In this document: piece after piece, positions 1-13,096 of the stretch | Numbering within the stretch: position 1 is the stretch's first letter | How the letters are laid out: each line of letters begins with the position of its first letter | DNA from: Convolutriloba macropyga | Taxonomy: Eukaryota | Direction of reading: 5' to 3' | NCBI RefSeq assembly: GCF_964194025.1 | Contig: NC_134471.1 | Span: 42,842,001-42,906,000 of the forward strand | DNA length: 64,000 bases | The notes under the pieces: generated by a model | Told to the model about the DNA's origin: nothing | Database searches by the model: none | The model's input: the letters and a program-made list of their open reading frames with translations, nothing else | Program-made: the position numbers and the translations under genes

Positions 1-2400
1 GCCGTTACGTAAAATCAATGAGATTTTTGATTCTCAGGACTGAAATATGTACTTCTCATACATAGTTCTTCAGTCGGGATACATTTTTAAATGGCCTTCG
101 AACGTCAAAAATCAACTGCTTATATAATACCTCTGGACCTGTATACGTGGAAGAGACTTCCTATGGAACTCGCGTCCACGCCAAGAGCTTTCTAAATCCT
201 AATAGAATTGATTTTGGCTGGTATCTTTTACAACCTGGCAGTAGTTTGTCTAGATGTCATCGTTTTTGGAAGAAATTGTGAAAAACATATGATAGGGTTA
301 GAACTGGATTTCCAACGTTTAGCTGAGAATGGATTAAAGGTTAAAGGATCAAAATAAAACTTTTTTAAACAGCGCGTCAGCTTCATGGGCCGTATTATAT
401 CCCAGAGTGGTGTCGAGGTCGACCCAGAAGCAGTAAGAGCGGTTGAAAGAATGAAAAAGCCATCTTCTCTGAAAGATCTCTGGGCCTTTCTTGACCTTGT
501 AAGCTATTATCGCAAAAATTTTTTGTTTCGGAAAAACAGCCAAACTTCTCTTCAGGTTATTAAATAAACCAATTAAACTCGAATGAAGTACAGAACGCAA
601 AAGTGAAGTTACCGAAATAAGAAAAAAGTTTATGGGAACCCCGACTTTAAGATATCCAGATAATAGAAATTCGTATAGATTAATTACGGATGTTTCGCTA
701 AAAGGCATTGATGCAAATCTTACACAAAAACAAAGGAGCTGAAGATAGAGTTATTGCAAATACTAGCAAAACTCTGTATAAACGTCAACGTAAATAGTCA
801 ACAAAGAAATGGGAATGATTCGCAATTGAGCATTTTACCCATCAGTTGAAAAAAGTGTTTACTAGGTCAACACTTCGTAATAATTACGGACCGCAGAGCT
901 ATCCTCTTGATCTACAGTTTTAAAGAACCAGTTAGTATGATCGCAAGATGCATAGAAGAACTTGGGAAAATTGAAATTGACGTCAGGCATAGAGCAGGAA
1001 ATAAAATGCAACACGCTGACTGTATATGGAGCATAAACGCAGTAGCTGAGGAACAAACAGCTTTTGATAACGCTGTTTCGATGGAATCAGAGCAAGTCAA
1101 TGTCGAGAATTTGAGTCGAGGTTGAAAATTACACAAATTCAAGGTGTAAAACTGCGAGATTGGCAGAAAAGCGACAATCTACTCAAAGAAGTATATTCAT
1201 GGGCCATAAACAAAAAAACCTGATCCAAAACACATGAAAAGATGGAGCTTCCAAGGAGTTATGGGAACACTGGAAACAGTAAACAAATTTTTGTCTCATA
1301 GAAGAGAATTTGTATCAACAATAGCAAAAAGAATCCAATTTGGAACTTTTTACCAAATGCTAGTACCATGGGAGAGGGTGTCACACTTGGTCAAACTCTT
1401 ACTGGACCTAGCGCAGGTCAATTTGGGATAAGCAAAGCATAATAAAGGGCTTGTGAAAGGTTTTATTGGCCTTGCATGAGAAGGGACGTCAGGAATTGGA
1501 TAAAGAGCTGTGACGTATGACCGAAAGGAAAGGCACAAAGCAGAAACACCAACGTTCACTCACAAAATGGAAATCTAGTCATTCAATTTGGCAAATGTAT
1601 TTTGATATAATGAGTCTCGGAAAACCAAGTACCTATCGCTTAATGTAGATCAATTCAGTTAGTGGTTTGAAGCGGTAGCTCAGCCCAATCAAAAGTTAAA
1701 AACCGTGGCAAGAGCGTTTGTTGAAAACTGGATAATGAGATTCTACACAGTGACCAAGGGTAAAAGTTTCAATTGAAATTGTTCCGTTGTCTTTGCAGTG
1801 AATTAAGAATACAGAGGACATCCACAACAAATACCCGCAGCTTCGCCCAGTCAAGAGGCAGAAACCGTAGTGAGAGCGAATGTTGAAAACTGGATAGTTG
1901 GATTTTGATGTCCAGCTCACCTACACAGTGACCAAGAGTCAAACTTTTTGTCGAAATTTCTCTAGTCAATAAGGAATACAGAGGACATCAACAACATTTT
2001 ACCAACAACAAGGAAACACGATGATTGAAAGAAAAGACCGGAAACACTGGAAGAATGCCTCCCCAAAAAACATAGGCCAATGCCAATATGAGTTGATATT
2101 TAGTTGTGACTGCCTGCAGATTATCAATTTATAGTCTAACAAATTTCCGCCGAGCGTAAGTGGTAATGGGTTTTCAACTGTCACTACCTATAGACTGCAC
2201 ATCTATAGCACACCAAAGACCGCAATATATGCAGACGAAGTGACTATATCTTCAGAATGAAAAAAAACTGTAGGAAACGCATCAGTTTATGCGAGAATTT
2301 AAGGAAGTCAAATGAGATTTTTCCAGAATATACATCGAAACGAAAGCTGGTACGACGAAACGTATTAAGTTTAAAAGATAACGTAGGTTTTTCAAAAACT
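1..2400 (+). mobile_element. Highly decayed Ty3/Gypsy pol relic (RT, RNase H, integrase)
   Basis: From 121 reads YIIPLDLYTWKRLPMELASTPRAF*...VVCLDVIVFGR (RT motifs xMPFGL and YLDD, decayed). ORF 385-567 MGRIISQSGVEVDPEAV...LWAFLDLVSYYRK is RT thumb-like. ORF 907-1125 RHRAGNKMQHAD is the RNase H end. Integrase core TVARAFVENWI / LHSDQ lies at ~1700-1950. Many stops and frameshifts; boundaries approximate. Confidence 0.85.
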
Positions 2401-2439
2401 GTTTCCATCAAGGCCACATTTTGAAGACGACCTAGCGAT

Positions 2440-3300
2440 TCTATTTTTGAAAATAATGGCAAGCCACATGAAAATGGCAAGAAACTTTAATACGGATGAC
2501 CCTGTAGATATTTGTGTTAACAACAAGACCATCTTTATCAGCAGGAAAATTGTTCACAAAAACCAAATTGAAGGATTTATTGAAAATTTGAAAAAATATT
2601 TTATCTCAAGCGTTTTTGACAACTTCAAGACAGCACTACTCTTTTATCAGTATTTTTTATGCAGATGAGAACACTTCAATGTGAGAATCAGCTATTGAAA
2701 TTTCAAACAAGATTCATTTATTCGTTCATAGGTGTGCTAAGATCGTAGCAACAATAACTAAGCGCCTTTTTGGGCAGACGAAGTTCCTGTTTTAATAGAG
2801 GGTCACAAATTTTCTATTAGAAATTTGGAACTATTTTACAATCGCTGCATGTAACCCGCTGAATCAAATGTCGTCAAATTAGAAAACAGCAGTGACACTA
2901 AAAAAATTAAACAAAAATATATCGTTGGCCGACCGATAATGACTTAAATGCCAATGATCAAAACCTACATCGTAGCTTTGTTCAGCATTTGACTTAAAAT
3001 GTGTTCAATTGCTCATATAGTGCGCCACAAAATTGAAGGAATTATTAGTCGAGAAGCATTCCAATTGTCAAATGGAAAATGCAGTCGTGGAAATTCAATA
3101 CCTTCGAACAACCAGTTTCAATAAGAAGTTTTCCAGCGAAAACAATTTGCAATTTTTTGTAACAAAATCGGAAACCTTAAAATTGTGGTTAAAAGCTAAG
3201 GATATTGTTGTGTCTCCCTCTTATTTAAGTTTGTGAAAAAAATTTCTGATTGTTTATCTATTTACAACGAGTCTTTAGCGGAGAATCTAAACGGGAACGC
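2440..3300 (+). mobile_element. Possible hAT-like transposase relic
   Basis: ORF 2447-2668 is followed in another frame by FYADENTS (~2655-2680), which resembles the hAT first catalytic 'DE.T' motif. Further fragments lie at 3000-3240. Very degraded; no TIRs seen. Confidence 0.25.
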
Positions 3301-4384
3301 ATATGTATAATCTTTTACTCAAACTTATTAATGAACCAGGAGAAAAAAGAAAATGGGTTAAAAAAGAGTAGTCGGCTGCCTAAAAAGAGAGATTGTCTTT
3401 TCAAGACCAAAAAAAGACCGACAAAACGAGAAAAGGCTGGAAGTCAAGACTTAAAAAAAGCATAAAGCAGGAAGCGGGCACCCATAAATTGGTGAATATG
3501 TATACTATTTACCAGAGTTGTGGAAGTTCATAACTTTTGGCACCCGACAAAATTCGGTCCCGAGATTTAAAGGCTGACGTGAAGCTGCGAAACCAGTACG
3601 TGCAACTAGAGAAGTTGAAGGATACTAACACGAGTATTTTTGATTTCCAATGGACTTTGAGCTCCAAAAAGCTAGACAACTTTTGTGATAAGGTCAAAGA
3701 GGCAACAAAAAGAAGCAACGGCCAAATTGAGCGCCAAGTGTGATTTGCTAAGAAATAATCTATAGTCAGCGGCAGCCAGAAATTCCGAACAGAAGCCAAT
3801 TACTTTATTGAAAAATGATTTAGACGGTTTATAACTCAAAGCTGCTTAGAAGAGCGAAGCCAACGAGAGACTGGAGAAGGAGAATGATTAATTGCGTTCA
3901 GAACTGCTATAGCTGCTGCAGCCAGAGCATCACAACCAGTGTTTGGTTGAAGAATGTTGAAGAAAAGACACTGTCAATGATAGGAAAAACAATTCATTGA
4001 AAAACGATAAAAACATCACAAAATCGACTGAGAAATACTTTTCCAGATTAGAAACAAAAGTACAGTGAATCGACCTGATACTCGGTAAGAGCTCTTGTTG
4101 TTGAATAATTCTGCTTCTCTAACAACAAATCAAGAAACATTTCGCTGAGTTGAGCCCAGTGACCCACCCTCATGCTGGTGAAGATGAAGATTTCTTCAAT
4201 AGCATCAATCCTTCATACCATGTTCTGTCCAATAATGCAGCGTCAGAAACGAACAAAATTTTCGGGCTTGAAGAGGCCGAGAAAATTCTGAATTACGAAA
4301 ACTGACAAAAAAAATTATACGAAAAGTACAAACTTTTTTACGTTAAAACATTCATGTAACAAAAGTGGTATAAGAAAAACTTGG

Positions 4385-7300
4385 ATGGTTTTCTTTGCCA
4401 ACTACATTACCAGCTACCAACAACCCTATGATCAAGTCTACGACTCTACTTACGAAAGTAATTCAGATGAATATGTAGCCGCCATTTCCTATGACTCAGC
4501 AAATCAACATGAAACTCTCAATGCACAAATTAAATTTGAAAGTGTCCAGGCAAATGCAATGATTGATTCGGGTAGGTAGCCTAATCACAAAGACTCTAGC
4601 AAATAGAATCCTTAAAACTTCGCCATCTGCAAAATGAACCACTACAAAACAGGACAGAGATTTGAAAACTTTTTCAAACGAACCGGTCAAAGTACTTGGG
4701 AAAATGACAACCACGGTGACATACAATGATTGGACATGCAAACAGGCTCCCCTATCAGTTTTAGAGGATGGAAAAAATTAATCATATGGAGAGATGTCTT
4801 CAACAGCCTTGGTCTCGCAGTGGTTCAGCAACAAGCAAAATTGGTAAATGTGTTAAACATATTGATAATTCCACATGTAAAATAAAGGGGACAAACATGT
4901 CGCAATTTCCATACCTAGTGTCAAGAATTGGACTCTCAAAGACTCATGTAGCGAAATCAAAGTTTCATCAAAAGTTTACAGCAAAGCGTCAAAAAGGTTG
5001 ACGCGTTCCAATTAATTTGCAACCTAGAATCACAATTGAACTTGATAGATTACAGAAAGAAAGACATATTGAAAAATTAACTAGTTGTTCTGATGAACAC
5101 TTCATATCTCCGATAGTAATCACATTAAAGAAACACCAATCTATAAAATTAGCACTTGACTCTAAAGTTTCAAATAAATCCATCCACAAAAATAAAAATC
5201 AAATGCCTAACATTGAAATGTTAATTGATTCAGTTTCACAACACCCTACAAATAATCAAAAGGGTCAACAAGCATACCGTTCAACAATAGATCTTAAATA
5301 AGCCTATATGCCGTTACAATTGCATAAAGACACTGCAAAACACTGCAAAATTAACAACATTTGTGGAGAATCAGCTGGTACTTATAGATTTAATTCCGGA
5401 TTCTATGGTCTCACAGACATGCCAGTAGAGTTTCGTAAAGCTATGGCTTATAAAATTGTAGGTCTTCAAAAAACTTATTGCTTTCTTGACGACATTATCA
5501 TTGATAGCAAAGTATCTGAATCCGATCATCTAAGTTATGTCACTAAATGTCTCAAAAAATTAGACGAAGCTAATTTAAGAATTAATCTTCGGAAATGCCA
5601 CTTCGAAAAAACTGAATGGCTTGGGAACAAATTTACCCAAACCGGCATATCATCAACTGCAAATAAAACCGCAGCTATAGTAGCAATACCAACATTTTCG
5701 ACATTAAAACGCTTAAGATCCTTTCTTTGGTCAGTACACTATATTAGTAAATTCATACCAAATTTAGCACAACTTTGTCACCCCCTTAGACCACTTCGAA
5801 AACATCTACAAAATTTGTCTGGACTGAGGAACACATTAAAATTTTCAAAATCATAAAAGATAAAATTGCTGCAAGTACTGAAAATAGCCATTACAATCCT
5901 AAACTAGATATTCGTGTTAAATGCGATGCTTCTTGCTCTGAAGTGGGAGCTGCACTTGAACAGAATTCCCCAGACACCCATAGCATTCGCGTCGCAATTT
6001 CTAAATCCAACGGAAGAGCGCTACAGTGTTAACGAATTGGAGCTATTAGAAGTCGTTTGGTCAATCGATTATTTCAAAAACTATCTGTACGGAAAAGATT
6101 TCATAGTCATAACAGATCGTGAATTATTATCAATATTAATAGATCAAATACATCCTATAATAGCCGCCTTTCTAGATGTATTGACCGTCTACTGCCCTAT
6201 AACTTCGTAATTGAACATTTGTCTGGAGCCAAGATGGGCCTTGTAGATTATATATCTACAAATTTTTTTTTGCCAAAGTTAAAAAAGTTTCTGCATATGA
6301 CAATTATTAATCCTCGTTTATATATGCCGATCGCACCGCAAATGCCCTCTGAATATTTAAAACCACAATTTGCACTAAATATTCTGCCATTGCATAAATC
6401 ACATTCCATTAATAAATCTGCTACCATTTCGCTGCAAACGTCAGACAATAAAAGATGTGAACAATCTGAGCAATTAGATCCAATAAAGCCCATATTTGAC
6501 ACCAACTCAAGTAGTCAACACAAATCCTTCAAATTGAGCGCAAAAGAGCAAATTCCTGAGCATAAATACAACCAACCCAAAAGTACCTCGCTTTTTGCCC
6601 ATAACAATCTCAGAATTAACTCGTCAAGTAATCATTCAATAAACTCAATCTCCAAGATGCCACGAACTAGGACAGCAAAATCCACGCCAACGGAGGCCCG
6701 ATTCACCTTCTCAGACAACACTTGCAACAAATACATTATCAAACACAGAGACGACTCCGTCTACCAGTGCCGTGGATACAGCAGAATATTTGTGATTTAC
6801 AGATGTCCTTCATTGAATTTTCAGCAAAAAATGGTTGGCAATTCTAACTGGAAAGGACGCTAAATTGAAAGAAGTGCGCGATTGTGTCATCAGAAATGAC
6901 GAGGACAGATAAAAAGAGATTAGCCCCTACATCTAATCATACTGGCGGGATCTAAGCATCAAAGATACATGGTTGTCTCTGCATAGACGAAAGAATTGCA
7001 ATCCCTAAAGCAATCCAAGATGCTGTGCTAGAGGACATTCACTCCCTACAGCAAAACAGCCTACAGCAGAAATAGTAAAAAATGCTTCTGGCTCAAATGT
7101 TATTAAATTCCTTAATAAGTATATTTCCAATCAAGAGTACCCAGAACAATTAGATTAACAGAACAAGCTAAATGCTTTAGAAGCAAAAAGTTTGAAACAT
7201 TTTGTACTAAAAATAACAATACACCATTATAATGCACCTGCAAATGACCACAGAGCAATCAGATTAGGAAAACGTCTTATTCAAACTATTAAACGTCAAT

Positions 7301-8569
7301 TATCATGCATGAAAGCACAACTAAAAAAAAATTTAATCTCGATTATTCAATACATGCAATTATACAACCATTAAGAATATCTAAACAAAAAACAATTGAA
7401 ATAACACCATTTGAAGCACATTTCGGTAGACGATGTAACACACCAATTTCAAATATCACCAAAAGTCAAACAATAAATATTTAAATTATCAAAAAATAAT
7501 TAAACATTATTTAGGTGAAGATACCATTCCGGGCATGTCATACCTCACAGACACGCAATGGTCGGATACCGGCATGTGTTCGGACGTTGAAATCGAAAAA
7601 GTGGTATGTGCAGCAAACGCCCGGGCTCATGAAGAGCATGAATAGATGAAAGACGGTGAATCGCGCCTCATGTGGTCAGATGACATCTCAAGACCAATGC
7701 CACGGAGCGAACAAAGCGTGCAAGTGAAGATAGCACGCAAGATACATGCAGCCCCGCGACAGAAAAGAACTTGGATGAGCTATACGAAGTCCCTGCACCA
7801 GGGAGCACGGTCGGGAAAAATAACCCAACAACAAGCGTCATAAAGGTACCAAACCGGCCAGAGGTTCGCGTTGGGAATTCAGATATCGCAAAATTCGGAA
7901 CCCGATACGAAAGAGATAATCAATTGGGGCATTTTATTAAGGCAACCCAAAAAAGTACAGGAGAAAACTCTCGAACAAATGATTGTAAATCACAGGAAGG
8001 ATTTACTTAGGAAAAATTTGTGCAGCAAAAAGATAAAACGCAACAAAAGACAAACGGATGACGTTAGTGTTATTTCTTCCGGACGCTCTTGCGTATCCAC
8101 TTCCAGTAATGTTGCCCGTGCCCTAAGAATGCGAATCCCAAAACTCAATCCCAAACACGACGACGCATTCGCAAATAGACCAGACTTGACACATATATTA
8201 TATTTTAGTCCACCAGTACCAATTGCCGCACCATCTACTCAACCTGATACAGCTGGACCATCTGCGACACATTCGACCCCATCGGCTGAACAACACACAA
8301 CCATTTTGCGCAAAGACAAACGTACCATTACAATGAGTGATACATCAGATTCGGATGATTCGTCTGTCAGAAGGAACAAACGTCAGCTCAAAAAACAGAA
8401 GAAATCCTCAAAATCGTCAGCAATTGTAGAAAACATCCAAATCACAGAGGTATATTCTGCTGAGATAACAATCTCAGATACTAATTACATCGGGGAAGTG
8501 TCTGTCGACCCAAACACCAGTTTGCTTCGCGAGATGACGGCGTTAGAGGCGGAGGAACGTTCGGATTAG
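4385..8569 (+). mobile_element. 5'-truncated, decayed Ty3/Gypsy LTR retrotransposon pol (protease, RT, RNase H, integrase, C-terminal tail)
   Basis: Protease ANAMIDSG (ORF 4385-4579). RT SPIVITLKK..IKLALDSK, GFYGLTDMP, CFLDDIII (5017-5856). RNase H VKCDAS, ERYSVNELELL, FIVITD (5910-6210). Integrase remnants APANDHRA and TPFEAHFGR (7230-7430). Ser/Lys-rich C-terminal ORF 7871-8569. No gag or 5' LTR is visible upstream. Confidence 0.9.
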
Positions 8570-8704
8570 GAATAAACTCTTAAAGCTCTTTAAACTTTAT
8601 ATCTTATTCTACTACTTAATATTTAACTATTTATATAACCGGCGAATAAGTATTAATTTTCTGAGTATATTTTTTATTTTTTTATTTTCTTCAACATGGG
8701 GAAA

Positions 8705-9240
8705 TGTCATACGGAATGAATAGTATCATCAGAACATCCCTTACCGTATTTTAGTTTTACTTCATTTGATCATCCCATTTCAAGGGCAGATGCTTCCATT
8801 TAGTCCTCATGTGCTTTCATTCAATTTTTCATACTTATTTCAGCTAATTTTGATGTCTGTTCAGGTTCCAGACAGGAAGCTGTCTATTCATGCATGTAAA
8901 CAAATTTCAAGTACTTTAATCAAACATTTTTGTGTTATTAACCTGTGATCTAGTGTAACTTCCTTTTAATCTTAATTTTGTCTTAATCTTGTTTCATTCC
9001 TCCCATTGGCACTGCTGTAACTCAGTTTGTAATTTAACGTTAGTCAATCGCTCTTCAATTTAGATAGCTCAACTTAAGCTGAGCCATTCGCATCGCGAAT
9101 ACCAGATTCGTAACTGAGAATTTAAATAATAGAAAATAAGTAGGCAAACGCGACGCAACTGCCTTGGCAAGTTCAACCAAAACGCATTCGTTGCTCAATT
9201 GACTTGTCAGAAAGTAATTGAATACAACCTAACCGTCACG
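8705..9240 (+). repeat. Probable 3' LTR of the 4385-8569 Gypsy element
   Basis: A purine tract ggggaaa is immediately followed by TGTCATACGG at 8705, ~135 bp after the pol stop. The right end (…ccgtcacg, ~9240) is only a guess because there is no partner LTR in the window. Confidence 0.4.
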
Positions 9241-10149
9241 AAATAAGGATTTGTTTGCGTTTCCTTTCTCCGCCCAAAATTACAGTTTTCGCATTTGCTA
9301 GTTGTACGAAGGGCCACAGAACTTACAGAAACAATCCAGTATTTTGGTCGAAAGGAATCATAAACCATGTATCGTAGATATTGCAAAAAATCTGACTCAG
9401 ATTGGGATGTTCAAAAAATAAGATCGTGAGCTGGAGTTCTGCGTCATATTAATTAATAGAACTTCGTATATCCGGAAACAAAAGTAATGACAAAACTTTT
9501 CTTGCTAATTTTTTAAGCGTTTTGTCATTTTTGAAAGATTGTTGCAACCCATGTCTTGGATTTTTCCGTATATGCACCAGGAAAAATGGAAACCGCATCC
9601 AGTATGAGCGGTTCCCGGAACATATTTTTTCGAAGCAGCTACTACGACAGTTTCATAATCATTAAGAAAAAAGTTTTGAAAAAAAATTTAAAACCAAATT
9701 CTTCACAGAATGTTTTCGCTCAAAAAACTGAAGAATCGATTGTAATTTTCTTCCTTTTTTGCTACCAAAGAATGATCAAGCAACAGGCATTTTCTTATCT
9801 TTAGCTGTCCCAAAAAAACATGAGTAAATGTGCGAGGGGCTGTTTTAGAAGTTCCCTCTGCGAGAACGACTTTTTCATATAACGTGAAAAGAAACAAAAC
9901 ACCCTGAAATTTCGAAAACCTTTGAATAAAGATAGTAATTTATTGGGTGTAGTAAACGTAATAAAAGTGTTGTAAATATAATTTGAAGTGTTGTAAATAA
10001 ATTTTCAGTCAATTTGTTTGATTGTGCATCAAACTTAGCTCAACCTGACGATGAACAAATCCAATTTCAATTGATAAATCCTTTTTTGACACCTATGAGA
10101 CGCTAGGCCTGTTCAAAAACTAAATAATTTATTGATAACAGCATATTTA

Positions 10150-10800
10150 CTTGAAACAAAATAACAACCCCTAATGACAATAAAATTAAAAACAGCTGCA
10201 ACTACAAACTCTTAGTTTAACTGAAATCTTTTGAACGATTGTCTGTTGAAAAACAAGCAAAATAACCAAAGCATATTTCAAAAAATGGGCAATAAACCAG
10301 TTATTTTTGTCTGGAAAACTATAATTTTGCGAAGCAGCGTCCAATTGTATTTACGTTTTCATTACCAAAATTTTGTAGAGACATTGAAAAATATAACTCT
10401 GATAGCGAGACTAAGAAAAAATAACTCCAGCAAAGAATTGAAAATTCACATTAATTACAAAAAAAACTATGAATGTAAAGAAAACAAAGTTTTTCAATTT
10501 TTTTGATTGACTGCAGTTGTCAATACCACAAACGTCCGAGGAATTGACTCGCCAAAAAACTATACAGTTGACGAATCTCATATGTAAAACTAACCCACAA
10601 ATTGTTTGCCTTACGGAAAACTGAGTGGACATAGATTTGATTCAAAATTGAAATTTGATGCCAGATATCCGTTGCTGAGATGAATCACAGAGCTGAAGGT
10701 GCACATGGGGAACTTCAATACGAAAATGCAGTCAATTAAATAGCAGTGCTCACAACTGTTTAGCCAAAAACATTCTCGGTGCTATTGAATTTTCATTTGT
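10150..10800 (+). mobile_element. Non-LTR (LINE, APE-type) endonuclease relic, copy 1
   Basis: ~10530-10630 reads NVRGIDSPK..QLTNLICKTNPQIVCLTEN*, matching the APE endonuclease N-terminal motifs N.RG and IxCLTETW. An (R)AEGAHG segment follows. Confidence 0.6.
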
Positions 10801-11149
10801 GTCAGTTAGTATTTGCATTCAAAACACTCATACAGAGAACTGTCATATATCTGGAAGACTTGAATTCTTCTAATCTCTGCAAAAATCAATCGAGAGCATA
10901 TTATCTTCTGACTAACCCCTGCAAACCAAAGTAACCATATACACGTCCTTTCTTTCATTGACAGTTTTTATGGAACTGAGGTTTAGTCTTCCTCCTACTA
11001 AGAGCATAAATACGCTAAACAAAAAATTGATTAGGTCAGAAAAATGTCACTGAGGAAGTTAAAGACAATCTAGCTAACATAAAACCATTTGCAAACTTAC
11101 AAAACGAAACTAATTAGGCGAATTGTTGAGCAAAACGATAATGATAGTC

Positions 11150-11900
11150 AAATTATGCTGCAACTACGAACTGTTAGTTGACCTGCTAATTTTTGAACGG
11201 TCGTCTGTTGAAAGACAATTAAAGTATTCTATTTATAATTAAAGAGATGGGCATTCAACCAGTTAGTTATTAAAGACTTTTTGGCACCGAAACTATCACC
11301 CGGTCGTGTAGCTTCAACTCTATTGACGTTTTGATAATTGGAGTTGGGAACCCCACCTTGTGTACAAGCAAGACCATTGACAATAAATTGTACAGATACC
11401 AAAAAATATAATTCTGCTAAGGAAAATGAGAAAAAAAACTGAAGGAAACAGTCGAAATGGTTCACAATAGTTATAAATGAAGACATTTTAGGGATGTGTA
11501 AACTTAAGTTTTAACAAAGTTTCATTATTAATAAAAACCATAAACGTTCGAGGCATTGCTTCGCCAGAAGAACGTATACTATTGACTAATCTCAATATTA
11601 AACAAAATTCACAATTAGCTTGTCTTACGGAAAGCTGAGTAGACATTGGTTTTATTATACGCCAACGACGGCAATTGATGTTGTCATCCTCACTGATATG
11701 ACTTTGAGACTAATCGCCAAGGGTAGTATAGAATGGTACTCACGAGAGAGGTCATTAGATCGATCTAAATTAATGCCATCATTGTTTATATCTAATTTCT
11801 TTTCTCATTTCGGAAAAGTTCCTTTCAATATTTTCTACAAATTTGTGAGCCATAACAATTCATCTAAGCTGTTTTATTTTAGGACCAGACGCTCAACGAC
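11150..11900 (+). mobile_element. Non-LTR (LINE) endonuclease relic, diverged copy 2
   Basis: 11160-11220 and 11540-11650 align by eye with 10200-10260 and 10530-10630 (aacgttcgaggcattg..cttacggaaagctgagt). A possible RT fragment F(G)KVPF lies near 11810. Confidence 0.5.
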
Positions 11901-13096
11901 TAGTAAACTTATTTTATAATTTCATGGAATATACGACTCACACGATAGAGGCAATAATATATTTTACATATATATTGATTTCAACAAAGCATTCAATTGG
12001 ATCGAGCATTCTATCTGCATAAAGAGGTTGGCGCCAATAAGAATTGCGGGCCGAGTATAACGGCCACCGGCTTCATATTCATATCTAGGAACAGTAAAGT
12101 AAAGGTTCACACATGTTTTTCTTTTGGCTTCAGTTTCAAGCAGAGCTTCATACATATGGCTCTAAATGAGGCCGTCGCTAACTATTGTCTATAGTAATAG
12201 CGATTAAAATTTTGTGCAATGGCTAATTTTCGACGCTATCGACGGCTGCTTAGGTCAAAGTAAACTAAACTACCATCTATCTTGAATCGGTTAATGGGAA
12301 CGCAGAGACAAATATTGCAATCAAATAATTCAATTAGAATTGATGTGTGACAACAGTGGCAATAGGCACAAATCTTGATCGAATTATATATCCAGTTATT
12401 ACCCCCCTTTTACATTACATACAAATGACTTTCGGTGACATATGATGTTTACTAGCATTTTATCATAGGGATCAATTAAACGTCAACATCAATTGTTATC
12501 AAGTCACATATAAAAACGGAAGTTCTGGAAATCATCAGTATAAATTGCACGTGAAATTAGCATTGTTTTCTCGACAACAAGGATGTAAATCAACAAGTGA
12601 GTATACTTTTCCATATTCAAACAATTAATATTCTACATTTAATAACCCTCCTATCATATTAAGTCTTTGAACCTGGGCGAACACCACGAAAAAGTGAAAA
12701 TTTTGTTCTCCCCAAAGCTTTTGTTAGGGTGTCTGCGGGCATGCGATCGGTAGGCAAGTAGTTCAGCTCTAAAAGTCTGTTCTCGACTAAGTTCCGAATG
12801 AAGTGCACTTTCAACACAAAGTGCTTAGTCTTGCCATGGTCTTGCCATGATCTTGTGTCGATAAACCAAGGAGAAAGTTTTTTATTTTTGAAATTGAAAG
12901 AGTTATGTGCATAAAGTCAGTAACAGATATAGCTATCTGCACCCACAACACTTATAAAGGGAACTACCATATATCTGCAAGATTGGGAATCTGCTTCTTT
13001 CTGCCGACATCAATCAATAGAAAATTATCTTTTGACTAACCCATACAAACCAAAGTAACTAAATACACGTCCTTCATTTTATCGTCAGTACATTAT

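Noticed and set aside
3509-4250. Coiled-coil-like fragments as gag of the 4385-8569 element
   Set aside because: No gag or CCHC motif and no LTR/PBS, so it cannot be assigned.
11229-11486. PGDSFGA resembling a cyclic-nucleotide-binding motif
   Set aside because: A single short motif with no supporting domain context or splice structure.
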